DNA of 64,000 nt from Candidatus Gottesmanbacteria bacterium (GCA_043798445.1 JAZDOQ010000007.1:4437-68436); one strand, 5' to 3'; positions 29,778-37,526 are shown, counted from the stretch's first letter. The notes: a model not told the origin generated them from the sequence alone. Made by a program: numbers and translations.

Positions 29778-30098
29778 ATGGAAAAAATGAAAAATGGTAT
29801 GGGAGCAATAGTCGTTGTTATCGCAATTGCCATTCTTATTTTAATAACAGTTGGCGGTTTACTCATTCAACAAAAAAGATCGGCCTTTTTGTCTGAACAG
29901 CAAGGCGAAATGCAGATAACAGCAGACATTGGCGTTAATCCGACGCCAACAAAAACACAAATTAAACCGGCAGACGCAGCAGACGCAAAACTTGATGTTG
30001 ATTTTGCAGGCATTGATAAAAGCATGGGGGCAATTGATGCAGAATTTTTTGCAGTTGATGCGGGACTCAATGATCAGATGGGAGATTTGTCAGAATAA
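29778..30098 (+). CDS. small single-TM protein
   Basis: AAAGGAG precedes the ATG at 29778. One TM segment followed by an acidic tail. Confidence 0.4.
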   Translation: MEKMKNGMGAIVVVIAIAILILITVGGLLIQQKRSAFLSEQQGEMQITADIGVNPTPTKTQIKPADAADAKLDVDFAGIDKSMGAIDAEFFAVDAGLNDQMGDLSE

Positions 30099-30152
30099 TT
30101 AGTGAAACTTTTTGTACAGTCTGTACGTATACCTATATATAAGGAGAAAATT

Positions 30153-30959
30153 ATGAAGAAACTCATAGTTGTTATATGCGTCGCATTAATCACACCATTT
30201 GTGACTCCGGTATATGGTGAGGAAGGTGCTACATCAACAAGAGCAGTGGAACGGCTAGAAACGAGGGGTACGCAAAAAGCAGAGAAACGGGAAGAGATAC
30301 AAACGAATGCAACAACAAGACTTAAAGAAAAAGCCAACAAAGAAATTGACCGAAGAATTGCATCGCTGACAAAACTCATTGATAAGATCAATGCGGTGAA
30401 ACGGTTAACAGCCGCACAAAAAACAGAGATGGCTGTACAGGTGCAGACAGAAATTACGTCACTCACGAATCTGAAAACAACCATCGCAGGACTTACGGAT
30501 ATTGCAGCACTGCGGACGAGCGTGCAGTCAATTGTGAAGTCATATCGAATATACGTGTTGTATATTCCGAAAATGACTATCATTGCTAATGCAGACAAAA
30601 TTCTTAATCTTGTAGAAAAAGAGATGGCGGCGTTAACAGAAAAATTACAGCTGCGCATTAATGAAGCAAATGGAAAAGGGTATTCAGTTGAGGTTGTGAC
30701 GGCATTGATGGCAGAACGGCAAACAAAGTTGACTGAGGCAACAACGCAGGCAACTGCCGCAATTACCAAAGTTGTTGGGTTAACGCCTGATGGATGGCCG
30801 GGGAACAAGACGGAATTGCAGAGCGCGCGTAATATGTTGCAGCTTGCACGAAAAGCAATGAATGATGCACAGAAGTTCGCAAATCAGGTGCGGACTCAAT
30901 TAAAAGCAATGGGATCACCAAAGACAACGGTGACACCAACACCAACAGAATCAGAATGA
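30153..30959 (+). CDS. secreted coiled-coil protein
   Basis: AAGGAG site, signal peptide MKKLIVVICVALITPFVTPVYG, then long helical repeats. Confidence 0.5.
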   Translation: MKKLIVVICVALITPFVTPVYGEEGATSTRAVERLETRGTQKAEKREEIQTNATTRLKEKANKEIDRRIASLTKLIDKINAVKRLTAAQKTEMAVQVQTEITSLTNLKTTIAGLTDIAALRTSVQSIVKSYRIYVLYIPKMTIIANADKILNLVEKEMAALTEKLQLRINEANGKGYSVEVVTALMAERQTKLTEATTQATAAITKVVGLTPDGWPGNKTELQSARNMLQLARKAMNDAQKFANQVRTQLKAMGSPKTTVTPTPTESE

Positions 30960-31771
30960 TTCTATCATCAACTCAAATCCGTTTCTTTCAAAAGATGATA
31001 TTTGTTTGGTGGAAAATATACAGAAGGGATTTGCCATGGCGGCACATCCATGACCCATACAAAATTCTTGTTTCAGAGGTGATGCTTCAGCAAACGCAGG
31101 TATCGCGCGTCCTCGCGCGATATGCCGATTTTATCGAGGTATTCCCTACGGTACAGTCGCTGGCAAAAGCAACTCCTGCTGCTGTACTTCGGGTATGGAA
31201 AGGAATGGGATATAACCGACGTGCGGTATATCTTCATGCGACCGCCAAAAAAATTGTGAGCGAATATGGAGGTGTTTTTCCTACGGATGAACAGCAATTG
31301 TTGGCTCTTCCAGGAATTGGGTCATATACCGCCCGAGCAGTGTTAGTGTTTGCGTTTAAAAGGGATATCGCGATGGTGGATACAAATATTCGTCAGATTA
31401 TCACGCATTTCTTTTTTGATGATGTGTACCAACCTGAAAAAATTATCCAATCTGTTGCTGACAAGCTAGTTCCTCAGGGAACATCATGGGAGTGGCATCA
31501 GGCACTCATGGATTATGGAGCATTGAAATTGGAACGGAATAAGAAACAACGTGTAAAAAAGAAAATAAAACCGTTTAAAGAAACAAACAGGTATTTTCGG
31601 GGGAGGATCATTGATCAACTTCGAGAGAAATCATTTAAAGAGAAAGAACTGATAAAAATTCTCTGTTTAGCGTATGGGAAAGATATAACTTTTTATATGG
31701 GTCTTTTAGAGAGGTTAGAAGCCGAAGGTCTTATTACGCATAAAAAAGATATTTGGAGGCTACCCGCGTAA
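30956..31771 (+). CDS. HhH-GPD DNA glycosylase (MutY/EndoIII-like) without the 4-Cys cluster, with a C-terminal wHTH-like tail
   Basis: Contains VSEVMLQQTQV, the HhH motif LPGIGSYTA and the catalytic VDTNI. No Cys follows HQALMDYGA, where MutY and Nth carry Cx6CxxCx5C. Confidence 0.7.
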   Translation: MILSSTQIRFFQKMIFVWWKIYRRDLPWRHIHDPYKILVSEVMLQQTQVSRVLARYADFIEVFPTVQSLAKATPAAVLRVWKGMGYNRRAVYLHATAKKIVSEYGGVFPTDEQQLLALPGIGSYTARAVLVFAFKRDIAMVDTNIRQIITHFFFDDVYQPEKIIQSVADKLVPQGTSWEWHQALMDYGALKLERNKKQRVKKKIKPFKETNRYFRGRIIDQLREKSFKEKELIKILCLAYGKDITFYMGLLERLEAEGLITHKKDIWRLPA

Positions 31772-31775
31772 GTAT

Positions 31776-31822
31776 TTTGCAATATCTTGCAACATTATGC
31801 AATATCTTGCAATATCTTGCAA
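31776..31822. promoter_or_regulatory. Array of five (T)TGCAA hexamers at 10-11 bp spacing upstream of fic
   Basis: TTGCAAtatcTTGCAAcattaTGCAAtatcTTGCAAtatcTTGCAA. Each TTGCAA is self-complementary. Confidence 0.6.
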
Positions 31823-31841
31823 CGCAGTGTAAAGTTATAGT

Positions 31842-32831
31842 ATGAAATTCCCTCCAATATTTGAAAAAACAGAGTCATTATTAAAAACGATATACGATCT
31901 TGATGTCCTTAAAGCTGCGTTTGAACTGCACCCAATTGCAAAAGAGGTTGTTGTTTTAAAAAGAGATAAATCCATTCTTAAAAGCGCTTTGTTTTCAGCC
32001 CGCATTGAAGGTAATCCACTTACATTTGAAGAAATAACAATGGATGGTCATGAACTGTCAGGTGATCCCAGTAAAAGAGAAGTATTTAATCTTGTGACTC
32101 TCTACGAACATATAGATTCATTTACATCGAAATCATCATCTAAGGAATTGATAAAAGACATCCATGAACAGGCATTACACGGTATTTCAACAAGCAATGG
32201 GCTTTTCCGAATAGAAGATTCAGCCATTTGGAATCAAGCCGGTGTTGCAGTGTATATTACTCCTGCTCCACAACAAATTTTCCCTTTGCTGGATGAACTA
32301 TTTTCATGGATCAAAGATTCAAAAGAACATCCTGCTATTGTTGCATCACTTGCTCATATTTGGTTTGAAAAAATTCATCCATTTGATGATGGGAATGGAA
32401 GAGTTGGTCGGTTTTTGAGCACGGTTCTTTTATCAAAAGGTGGATTTGGGTTTGGAGGTTTGGTTCCAATTGAAGAATATCTTGAAAAGTTTCGGGATGA
32501 TTATTACTTTGAACTTGGAAAAGATAAACAGGATGTTACTTCGTTTATTGAATTTTTTATTCGTGGTTTAGTTTCTCAGATTCAGACGAGTCTTAAGGAA
32601 AGTGAAACTATTGATGCTTCAGATACGGTATCTCTTTCGCCAAGACGGGCGGAATTGGTTGCGATTATTCGGGATCATAAAAGTATTTCATTTGATGCGC
32701 TTGCGAGAAGATTTAGAAGTGTTCCATCGCGTTCATTGCATAATGATTTGTCTCAGTTGATTAAAACAGGGTATATTCGAAAAAGAGGAGCAACGCGCGG
32801 AGTTTTATACGAGCCAACAACCATAAGTTGA
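31842..32831 (+). CDS. Fic family protein with an N-terminal inhibitory helix (class II architecture) and C-terminal wHTH
   Basis: Contains the Fic motif HPFDDGNGRVGR. The upstream SARIEGN fits the (S/T)xxxE(G/N) inhibitory motif. Confidence 0.88.
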   Translation: MKFPPIFEKTESLLKTIYDLDVLKAAFELHPIAKEVVVLKRDKSILKSALFSARIEGNPLTFEEITMDGHELSGDPSKREVFNLVTLYEHIDSFTSKSSSKELIKDIHEQALHGISTSNGLFRIEDSAIWNQAGVAVYITPAPQQIFPLLDELFSWIKDSKEHPAIVASLAHIWFEKIHPFDDGNGRVGRFLSTVLLSKGGFGFGGLVPIEEYLEKFRDDYYFELGKDKQDVTSFIEFFIRGLVSQIQTSLKESETIDASDTVSLSPRRAELVAIIRDHKSISFDALARRFRSVPSRSLHNDLSQLIKTGYIRKRGATRGVLYEPTTIS

Positions 32832-32843
32832 TATACTAATAGC

Positions 32844-33506
32844 ATGACTGCCAAAAGCTCGCGTGTCGCGTATTCACTTCCACTACTTGTTCTTCTGTTT
32901 TCGTCACTTATCCTTAATCTCGTGCTTCTTAAGAAGAACACCCCTGAACGGATAGGGACTTCCGTCATCGGTGTCATTGATGGGGATACGGTAGTGCTTG
33001 AAGGAAAGGTCCGGGTACGACTACGATATATCGATGCACCAGAACCTGAATTCTGTGGAGGGAAAGAGGCACAAGACGCGTTAGAAAAACTTGTCGTTGG
33101 TAAGAAAGTTATCATCGAGGAACAGATTCCTGATCAGTATGGGAGAGGAATGGCGATGGTGTACGAAGGGAACATACTTGTTAATCAGAAGATGCTTGAA
33201 AGTGGGTGGGTCAGATATCATCACGATACGACAAAGGACAAGGAAATGCTTAAGGCAATTGCTGATGAGGTGAAAAAAGAGGGAAAAGGGTTGTTTGGGA
33301 AATGTCAGGGGAAGGAGAATATAAAAAATCCTACCTGCAACGTAAAGGGAAATATTGATGATGCCACTGATGAGAAGCGGTATTACATACCAGGGTGCGC
33401 ACAGTATGCGTTTACCATAGTTGAACTAGATGTTGGAGAGGCATGGTTTTGCAATGAAAAAGAAGCACGAGCTGCAGGATACACAAAAGCAGATACGTGC
33501 AAGTAG
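32844..33506 (+). CDS. secreted or anchored thermonuclease (SNase) with a C-terminal Cys-containing 'sunset'-like domain
   Basis: An N-terminal TM is followed by the SNase core VIDGDTVVL...VRLRYIDAPE. The tail is CNVKGNI...YYIPGCAQY...WFCNEKEARAAGY. Confidence 0.8.
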   Translation: MTAKSSRVAYSLPLLVLLFSSLILNLVLLKKNTPERIGTSVIGVIDGDTVVLEGKVRVRLRYIDAPEPEFCGGKEAQDALEKLVVGKKVIIEEQIPDQYGRGMAMVYEGNILVNQKMLESGWVRYHHDTTKDKEMLKAIADEVKKEGKGLFGKCQGKENIKNPTCNVKGNIDDATDEKRYYIPGCAQYAFTIVELDVGEAWFCNEKEARAAGYTKADTCK

Positions 33507-33548
33507 GCGTGTGTGATGGGCTGTTTTGAAGTATAATATGGAAGTTAT

Positions 33549-33619
33549 TGCGGGATCGTATAATGGTAGTACACGTCCCCCTGGAGGATGTTATCTTGGT
33601 CCGAATCCAAGTCCCGCAG
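33549..33619 (+). tRNA. tRNA-Gln (anticodon CUG), 71 nt, no encoded CCA, non-canonical C33 and C55
   Basis: Hand fold: TGCGGGA-TC-GTAT-AATGGTA-GTAC-A-CGTCC-CCCTGGA-GGATG-TTAT-CTTGG-TCCGAAT-CCAAG-TCCCGCA-G. U1:A72 and G73 match bacterial tRNA-Gln. Confidence 0.75.
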
Positions 33620-33762
33620 CAAGACTGGACACCAAGCGACCGTAAGCTCTAAAAAAGCCCGATTCTGCTTGCTAAGTGTCATTATATTTTAGAAAGTTTC
33701 GTACCACACGCTCATTGTCCAGAGAAAGACCGTAAAATAGGTCTTTTTTATGAGTTATACGG
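33617..33762 (+). repeat. Direct repeat R1, copy A (about 146 bp), starting in the last 3 nt of tRNA-Gln
   Basis: About 90% identical by eye to 35236-35378 (CAGCAAGACTGGACAC.AAGCGACCGTAAGC.CTAAAAAAGCCCGAT.CTGCTTGCTAAGT...). Confidence 0.85.
33726..33749 (+). terminator. Hairpin plus T-run inside R1 copy A
   Basis: AAGACC-GTAAAATA-GGTCTT followed by TTTT. The equivalent segment in copy B is degenerate. Confidence 0.45.
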
Positions 33763-33896
33763 ATATTTTCAGTTAAAAAATCTCTCTGGACACCAAAGCT
33801 AGTGTGAGAATCTCGTTTCTATCTATGACATAGGACTCGAACCGTTTAATCCTGTAATATACTTTTTGAGAGTTTTGTACAAATATAAGGCAAAGG

Positions 33897-33905
33897 TGTT
33901 AAAAT
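33897..33905 (+). promoter_or_regulatory. Extended -10 element (TGtTAAAAT) 7 nt upstream of the def ATG
   Basis: No Shine-Dalgarno lies between it and the ATG at 33913, which suggests a leaderless mRNA. Confidence 0.4.
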
Positions 33906-33912
33906 TGGCCTG

Positions 33913-34467
33913 ATGGCAAAAGAAATCGAAGAATTAGTTTCAAAATTTGAGAAAGTTTTGCAAGATTTTCCAGAAGTTTGTTACGCAGGAGATCCAGTTC
34001 TCAGAAAAGAAGCGCAAGAGGTTTCAGTCGAGGACGGAGTTTTGATTGGAAATAAATTAGGAGAAATTTTGATAAAGTATAGGAAAGCTGTTGGTTATGG
34101 TAGAGGTTTTGCGGCACCCCAGATCGGAGAAAATAAAGCAGTTTTCGTAACTTTTGTAAACAATGAACTTCAAACTTTTATAAACCCAAAAATAGTTGAA
34201 AAATCTGAAACAACAAATTTTTATAGGGAACTCTGTCTTAGTTCGGGAATAATGTCTGCAGATGTTGAAAGATCAGAGTGGATAGTTATGGAATGGACTG
34301 ACAAAAACAGTGGAAAACATAAAGAAAAATTTGATGGATTTTTAGCGAGACTTTACCAACACGAAGAAGCTCATCTTAGAGGAATTATTAATCTAGACGA
34401 GGCAACAAAAGGCGGAATTGAATTTGCCACTTTCGATCCTCTTAAAGAACAATTAAGGTCAAATTAA
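33913..34467 (+). CDS. def: peptide deformylase
   Basis: Three PDF motifs are present: GRGFAAPQIG, ELCLS and HEEAH. Confidence 0.88.
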   Translation: MAKEIEELVSKFEKVLQDFPEVCYAGDPVLRKEAQEVSVEDGVLIGNKLGEILIKYRKAVGYGRGFAAPQIGENKAVFVTFVNNELQTFINPKIVEKSETTNFYRELCLSSGIMSADVERSEWIVMEWTDKNSGKHKEKFDGFLARLYQHEEAHLRGIINLDEATKGGIEFATFDPLKEQLRSN

Positions 34468-34707
34468 TAAATAAATTTATGGAAGGCCAAAAAATAAGCT
34501 TATAATACTCTGGAGAGTGAAGCTGTAGTGAGAATCACTTTCTGGCAGCAAATACGGACTATAACCCTAAAGCCCGGATTCACCACCCCTGCGAAGCTGA
34601 GAGCCCTAAATAAAATTTTGGAAAAAATGAGAGTTTATTAGATAAAAATCAGAATTAATGCAGTTATAATGATTAAATGGTTCCAGACCATCTACCTCCC
34701 CGTTGAA

Positions 34708-34735
34708 TTGACATATAGCAGTAATTTGATATACT
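34708..34735 (+). promoter_or_regulatory. TTGACA, 16 nt spacer, TGaTATACT promoter ending 7 nt before the thioesterase ATG
   Basis: Near-consensus -35 and extended -10 elements. No Shine-Dalgarno precedes the ATG at 34743. Confidence 0.5.
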
Positions 34736-34742
34736 TCGCAAC

Positions 34743-35207
34743 ATGACCGAAGCAGATGAATCTCAGCCAGTTCCCGTCGACCAAACAGAGCTAACTATTG
34801 AGGTGGAAAATGATCAGTATGGCCATGTCAATTACAAAGCTTATCCAGGTCTTTTCGAACCGGGCCAAGATGCTTATATGTCTGCGAGGGGTCTTAGCTT
34901 TGACACAATAGAAGCAGAACACGGATTTAGAAGTGTGGTGCCAACATATACCCCAAAGATACATGCCGAGGTTTTTAATGGTGATAGAGTAAATGTTGAA
35001 ACACGTATTGATCGCGTAGGAAATTCAAGCTTTACATTTGGACAGGCAATGAAACGAGGAGGTACACATATTGCCGATTATTCAATGGTGGTTGTTTTAA
35101 TAGACGGTGATGGTGCTCCAGTAAGTATTCCCGATCCTATTAGACAAAAATTGCAAGCAGCTTCAGAAGCACCCGCATTGGGCGAAGATAGTCCTATTGA
35201 ACTATAA
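34743..35207 (+). CDS. hotdog-fold acyl-CoA thioesterase (4HBT/YbgC-like)
   Basis: QYGHVNYKAYPGLFE...VETRIDRVGNSSFTFG is a typical 4HBT pattern. Confidence 0.7.
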   Translation: MTEADESQPVPVDQTELTIEVENDQYGHVNYKAYPGLFEPGQDAYMSARGLSFDTIEAEHGFRSVVPTYTPKIHAEVFNGDRVNVETRIDRVGNSSFTFGQAMKRGGTHIADYSMVVVLIDGDGAPVSIPDPIRQKLQAASEAPALGEDSPIEL

Positions 35208-35217
35208 TGACTAAACG

Positions 35218-35244
35218 GGTCTTGACCGGCCTGCTCAGCAAGAC
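35218..35244 (+). repeat. 27-nt junction motif, copy b
   Basis: GGTCTTGACCGGCCTGCTCAGCAAGAC. It begins 11 nt after the thioesterase stop, and its 3' end is the start of R1 copy B. Confidence 0.8.
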
Positions 35245-35378
35245 TGGACACTAAGCGACCGTAAGCCCTAAAAAAGCCCGATCCTGCTTGCTAAGTATCA
35301 TTATATTTTAGAAAGTTTTGTACCACACGTTCATTGTTCGGAGAAAGTCCGTAAAATAGGTTTTTGCCAGTTATAAGG
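35236..35378 (+). repeat. Direct repeat R1, copy B (about 143 bp)
   Basis: See copy A. Confidence 0.85.
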
Positions 35379-35413
35379 TTAAATTTTCACACCCTTCTCT
35401 TACCCCTTTATTC

Positions 35414-35434
35414 GGTGTGAACACCCTGCTGAGC
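35414..35434 (+). repeat. Junction motif variant g
   Basis: GGTGTGAACACCCTGCTGAGC has the same layout of small hairpin plus CTGCT(C/G)AGC. Confidence 0.5.
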
Positions 35435-35595
35435 TTTACAAAAAAGAGTTCTTTTGTATTATCCGAGTTTTTCAAGGGTACAGGGCAATGTTATTTATAG
35501 CATTTCTTGATATATTCTTGCAAAAACATGTATTGAACTAGTACAAACCATTTGTCTCATTTAGCCTCAAAGTGGTACACTTATATGACAGTAGA

Positions 35596-35622
35596 GGTTT
35601 AGACCCGTAAGCTCAGCACAAC
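35596..35622 (+). repeat. 27-nt junction motif, copy c
   Basis: GGTTTAGACCCGTAAGCTCAGCACAAC, ending 7 nt before the AKR ATG. Confidence 0.75.
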
Positions 35623-35629
35623 TAACAGT

Positions 35630-36499
35630 ATGAAAATTTCTACAAAAAAACTTAAGAACGGATTTGAAATGCCAGTATTCGGCCTTGGTACGTGGCAAAT
35701 GGGAGGAAGAGAAACTCGTAATCCTCAAAATGATGATAAAAAAGATATCCTCGCTATTCAGGAGGCCGTTTCATTGGGGATTACGCAGATTGATACTGCT
35801 GAAAGTTACGCTGAAGGGTATACAGAGACACTTATTGGCCGAGCATTGAAAGGATATGACAGATCAAAATTCTTTATCGTATCCAAAATACACCGGAATC
35901 ATTTGGGATATGACAGTGTTTTCCGATCTTGTGAAGCAAGTTTAAAGCGACTTCAAATGACATATCTCGATTTATATCTCATACACTCACCCAGCGATGT
36001 GATTCCCATAACAGAGACATTACGGGCGATGGATAAACTCGTGCAAGATGGATTAGTAAAAAATATTGGAGTAAGCAATTTTAGGACAGCACGATTAAAA
36101 GAGGCGCAGGAACATACACAGAATAAACTTGTGGTCAATCAGGTATATTACAATTTAGTTATTCGGGAACCCGAAAAAGAAGGATTATTGGATTATTGTC
36201 AGCATAACGATATTTTATTGGAAGCATACAGACCGTTAGAGAAAGGGATGCTCGTTACACAAACAATTCCAATTCTTCAAGAGTTAGTGAGGAAATATGG
36301 GAAAACACCTGCGCAAATTGCTATCAATTGGCTTATTTCTCAAAAAAATGTCATTACAATATCAAAAACATCTACGATTGAACATTTAAGAGAGAATCTC
36401 AGCGCGATCGGGTGGAAAATGGAAGATAAAGATATAGAATATTTGCGGAAAAATTTCCCGGACCAAATAGAAAAATCAGAAATGCTCCCGTTGAGATGA
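35630..36499 (+). CDS. aldo/keto reductase
   Basis: Contains the AKR catalytic tetrad context (GTWQMGG, DTAESY, SKIH) and GVSNF. Confidence 0.9.
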   Translation: MKISTKKLKNGFEMPVFGLGTWQMGGRETRNPQNDDKKDILAIQEAVSLGITQIDTAESYAEGYTETLIGRALKGYDRSKFFIVSKIHRNHLGYDSVFRSCEASLKRLQMTYLDLYLIHSPSDVIPITETLRAMDKLVQDGLVKNIGVSNFRTARLKEAQEHTQNKLVVNQVYYNLVIREPEKEGLLDYCQHNDILLEAYRPLEKGMLVTQTIPILQELVRKYGKTPAQIAINWLISQKNVITISKTSTIEHLRENLSAIGWKMEDKDIEYLRKNFPDQIEKSEMLPLR

Positions 36500-36503
36500 G
36501 TAA

Positions 36504-36530
36504 GGTCGTAGACCGCTCGCTCAGCCAATT
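36504..36530 (+). repeat. 27-nt junction motif, copy d
   Basis: GGTCGTAGACCGCTCGCTCAGCCAATT fills nearly the whole 31-nt AKR/Ldh_2 intergenic gap. Confidence 0.8.
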
Positions 36531-37526
36531 ATGAAAATAAGAATAGACGAACTTAAAGAGCAAGTAAATAAATATCTACAGGCTAGTGGAATGAATAAAC
36601 ATGACGTTCAAGTGATGACAGAGCTTGTGGTTGAAGGGGAAATGATTGGTAACCAGTTTAGTTCTGTAGGTGAACTTTCTGGGAAACATGCAAGGCTCAT
36701 AGAGAACGCAAAAGGCGGTAAGGAAGAAGTAGCCACCGAAAAAACATCTTTACTGCTAATAAAAGGCAACGGTCGATTTGCACCACTAATAACCGCAGAT
36801 TACCTTGATGAAATGGTTAAGAAGGCCAAATCTCATGGCATTTACGCTTTTGGAATTTACGACAGCACCTACAATGATTTTTTTGATGTGTTCTGCCGCC
36901 GAATTGTAGCCAAGGATTGTATTGCACTTATTTTTGAAAATGGTGGCCCTCAGGGAGTTGTTCCTTTTGGTGGTAAAAAAGACATTATGGGGACGAATCC
37001 CTTAGCGTATGGCATACCTACACATAAATACCCGATTATTTTTGATGCGGCTACTGCTGCTCATGCTTGGGGAAGGATTAGACAAGCCAAAGAACACAAT
37101 GAACAACTCCCAGATGGGTATCTGGACAAAGATGGCAATCCAACAACTGATCCAAATTTAGCCGCAGCGATTCTTCCGTTTGGCGGCTTTAAGGGATATG
37201 CAATTAATCTGTTAGTTGAAGTTCTAAGTGGTGCTTTGGTTCGAGGTAAAAGTGGTTTAGATCAACCCATGGGTTCTCAAAGGTACATTGGGACTTTAAT
37301 TATCATTATCGACCCTGAGGCTTTTGGAGATATAAAAGAGTTTAAAGATTCAATGACGAAACTTGCAAATGATATATTGGCGGTTCCATCATCTGACCCA
37401 TCAAACCCGGTTCGTGTACCAGGGTTTAGAGGTTCAGAAAGACTTGAGCGATTCAAAAAAGATGGTTTTATCGAGATTGATGATAAAAATTGGGATAAGT
37501 TTTCTAGCGCCCTGAATATGTTATAA
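36531..37526 (+). CDS. Ldh_2 family (malate/L-lactate/sulfolactate dehydrogenase-like) oxidoreductase
   Basis: GTNPLAYGIP and FGGFKGYAINLLVEVLSG are typical of the Ldh_2 family. Confidence 0.82.
   Translation: MKIRIDELKEQVNKYLQASGMNKHDVQVMTELVVEGEMIGNQFSSVGELSGKHARLIENAKGGKEEVATEKTSLLLIKGNGRFAPLITADYLDEMVKKAKSHGIYAFGIYDSTYNDFFDVFCRRIVAKDCIALIFENGGPQGVVPFGGKKDIMGTNPLAYGIPTHKYPIIFDAATAAHAWGRIRQAKEHNEQLPDGYLDKDGNPTTDPNLAAAILPFGGFKGYAINLLVEVLSGALVRGKSGLDQPMGSQRYIGTLIIIIDPEAFGDIKEFKDSMTKLANDILAVPSSDPSNPVRVPGFRGSERLERFKKDGFIEIDDKNWDKFSSALNML

Noticed and set aside
30074-30808. 244-aa minus-strand ORF.
   Set aside because: It is antisense to the 30153-30959 gene, which has an AAGGAG site, a clean signal peptide and operon context.
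31776-31822. A CRISPR array, considering also the repetitive DNA at 48780-48960 and 7640-7750.
   Set aside because: The TTGCAA units are only 10 nt with no spacers. The other two regions are coding low-complexity sequence, namely a Pro/Thr linker and an Ala/Gln tract. No cas genes are present.
33800-33852. GGACTCGAACC on the plus strand, which looks like a minus-strand tRNA T-arm. A related GGACTATAACC lies at 34555-34570.
   Set aside because: I could not fold a T-stem or the rest of a cloverleaf. It is treated as part of the weak R2 repeat, possibly an ancient tRNA scrap.
35208-35255. Short ORF MTKRVLTGLLSKTGH and similar peptides (KVLTGMLSQ.., KVVDRSLSQL) read through the junction motifs.
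   Set aside because: The peptide similarity simply mirrors the nucleotide motif. The ORFs are 10-17 codons with no ribosome-binding site, and one copy (c) has a stop inside the motif.
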